NCBI GenBank assembly: GCA_036702475.1
Contig: JAUBTL010000010.1
Length of the DNA: 24,000 nucleotides
From: Microcoleus sp. D2_18a_B4
Lineage (GTDB): Bacteria > Cyanobacteriota > Cyanobacteriia > Cyanobacteriales > Microcoleaceae
Reading direction: 5' to 3' (one strand)
This document shows positions 23,998 through 24,000 of the stretch, one piece after another (within the stretch, counting starts at the first letter, position 1; every line of letters begins with the position of its first letter). Under the pieces are notes generated by a model, which did no database searches, had not been told where the DNA came from, and was given only the letters and a program-made list of their open reading frames with translations. A program made the translations under genes and the position numbers.

Positions 23998-24000
23998 TTA

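Overview
This window looks like a chromosomal segment of a cyanobacterium, probably filamentous. The evidence is many HIP1 octamers (GCGATCGC), an STRR-type heptamer repeat, and an ndhD/chpX CO2-uptake gene pair. Recognisable housekeeping and accessory genes are: a partial thioredoxin-like gene, hspA (small heat-shock protein), a quinol-type nitric-oxide reductase (norB), a DOPA-dioxygenase-family gene, an SLH-domain protein, a PRC-barrel/DUF2382 protein, an SH3b protein followed by an EcsC/DUF697-like protein, a Ser/Thr kinase fused to a periplasmic-binding domain, a PHP phosphoesterase, chpX/cupB and ndhD. The standout feature is at about 11.78-13.39 kb. It is a compact, non-autonomous IS200/IS605-type element that encodes an apparently intact IscB, the RuvC+HNH RNA-guided nuclease regarded as the Cas9 ancestor. 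A roughly 250-nt structured non-coding leader (candidate omega/HEARO RNA) precedes the gene. Two clearly homologous imperfect hairpins (CCCACCAC...GAGTAC...GTGGGGG) bracket the element. No CRISPR array and no cas1/cas2 genes are present. A solo IS200-type Y1 transposase gene (tnpA) lies about 3.4 kb upstream. The window also shows gene decay: a GH29 fucosidase with four frameshifts, a 5'-truncated DUF2254 gene, and a frameshifted ORF beside tnpA. Several small repeat and hairpin elements occur in intergenic regions. A GC-rich island of about 350 bp at 1.29-1.64 kb remains unexplained.
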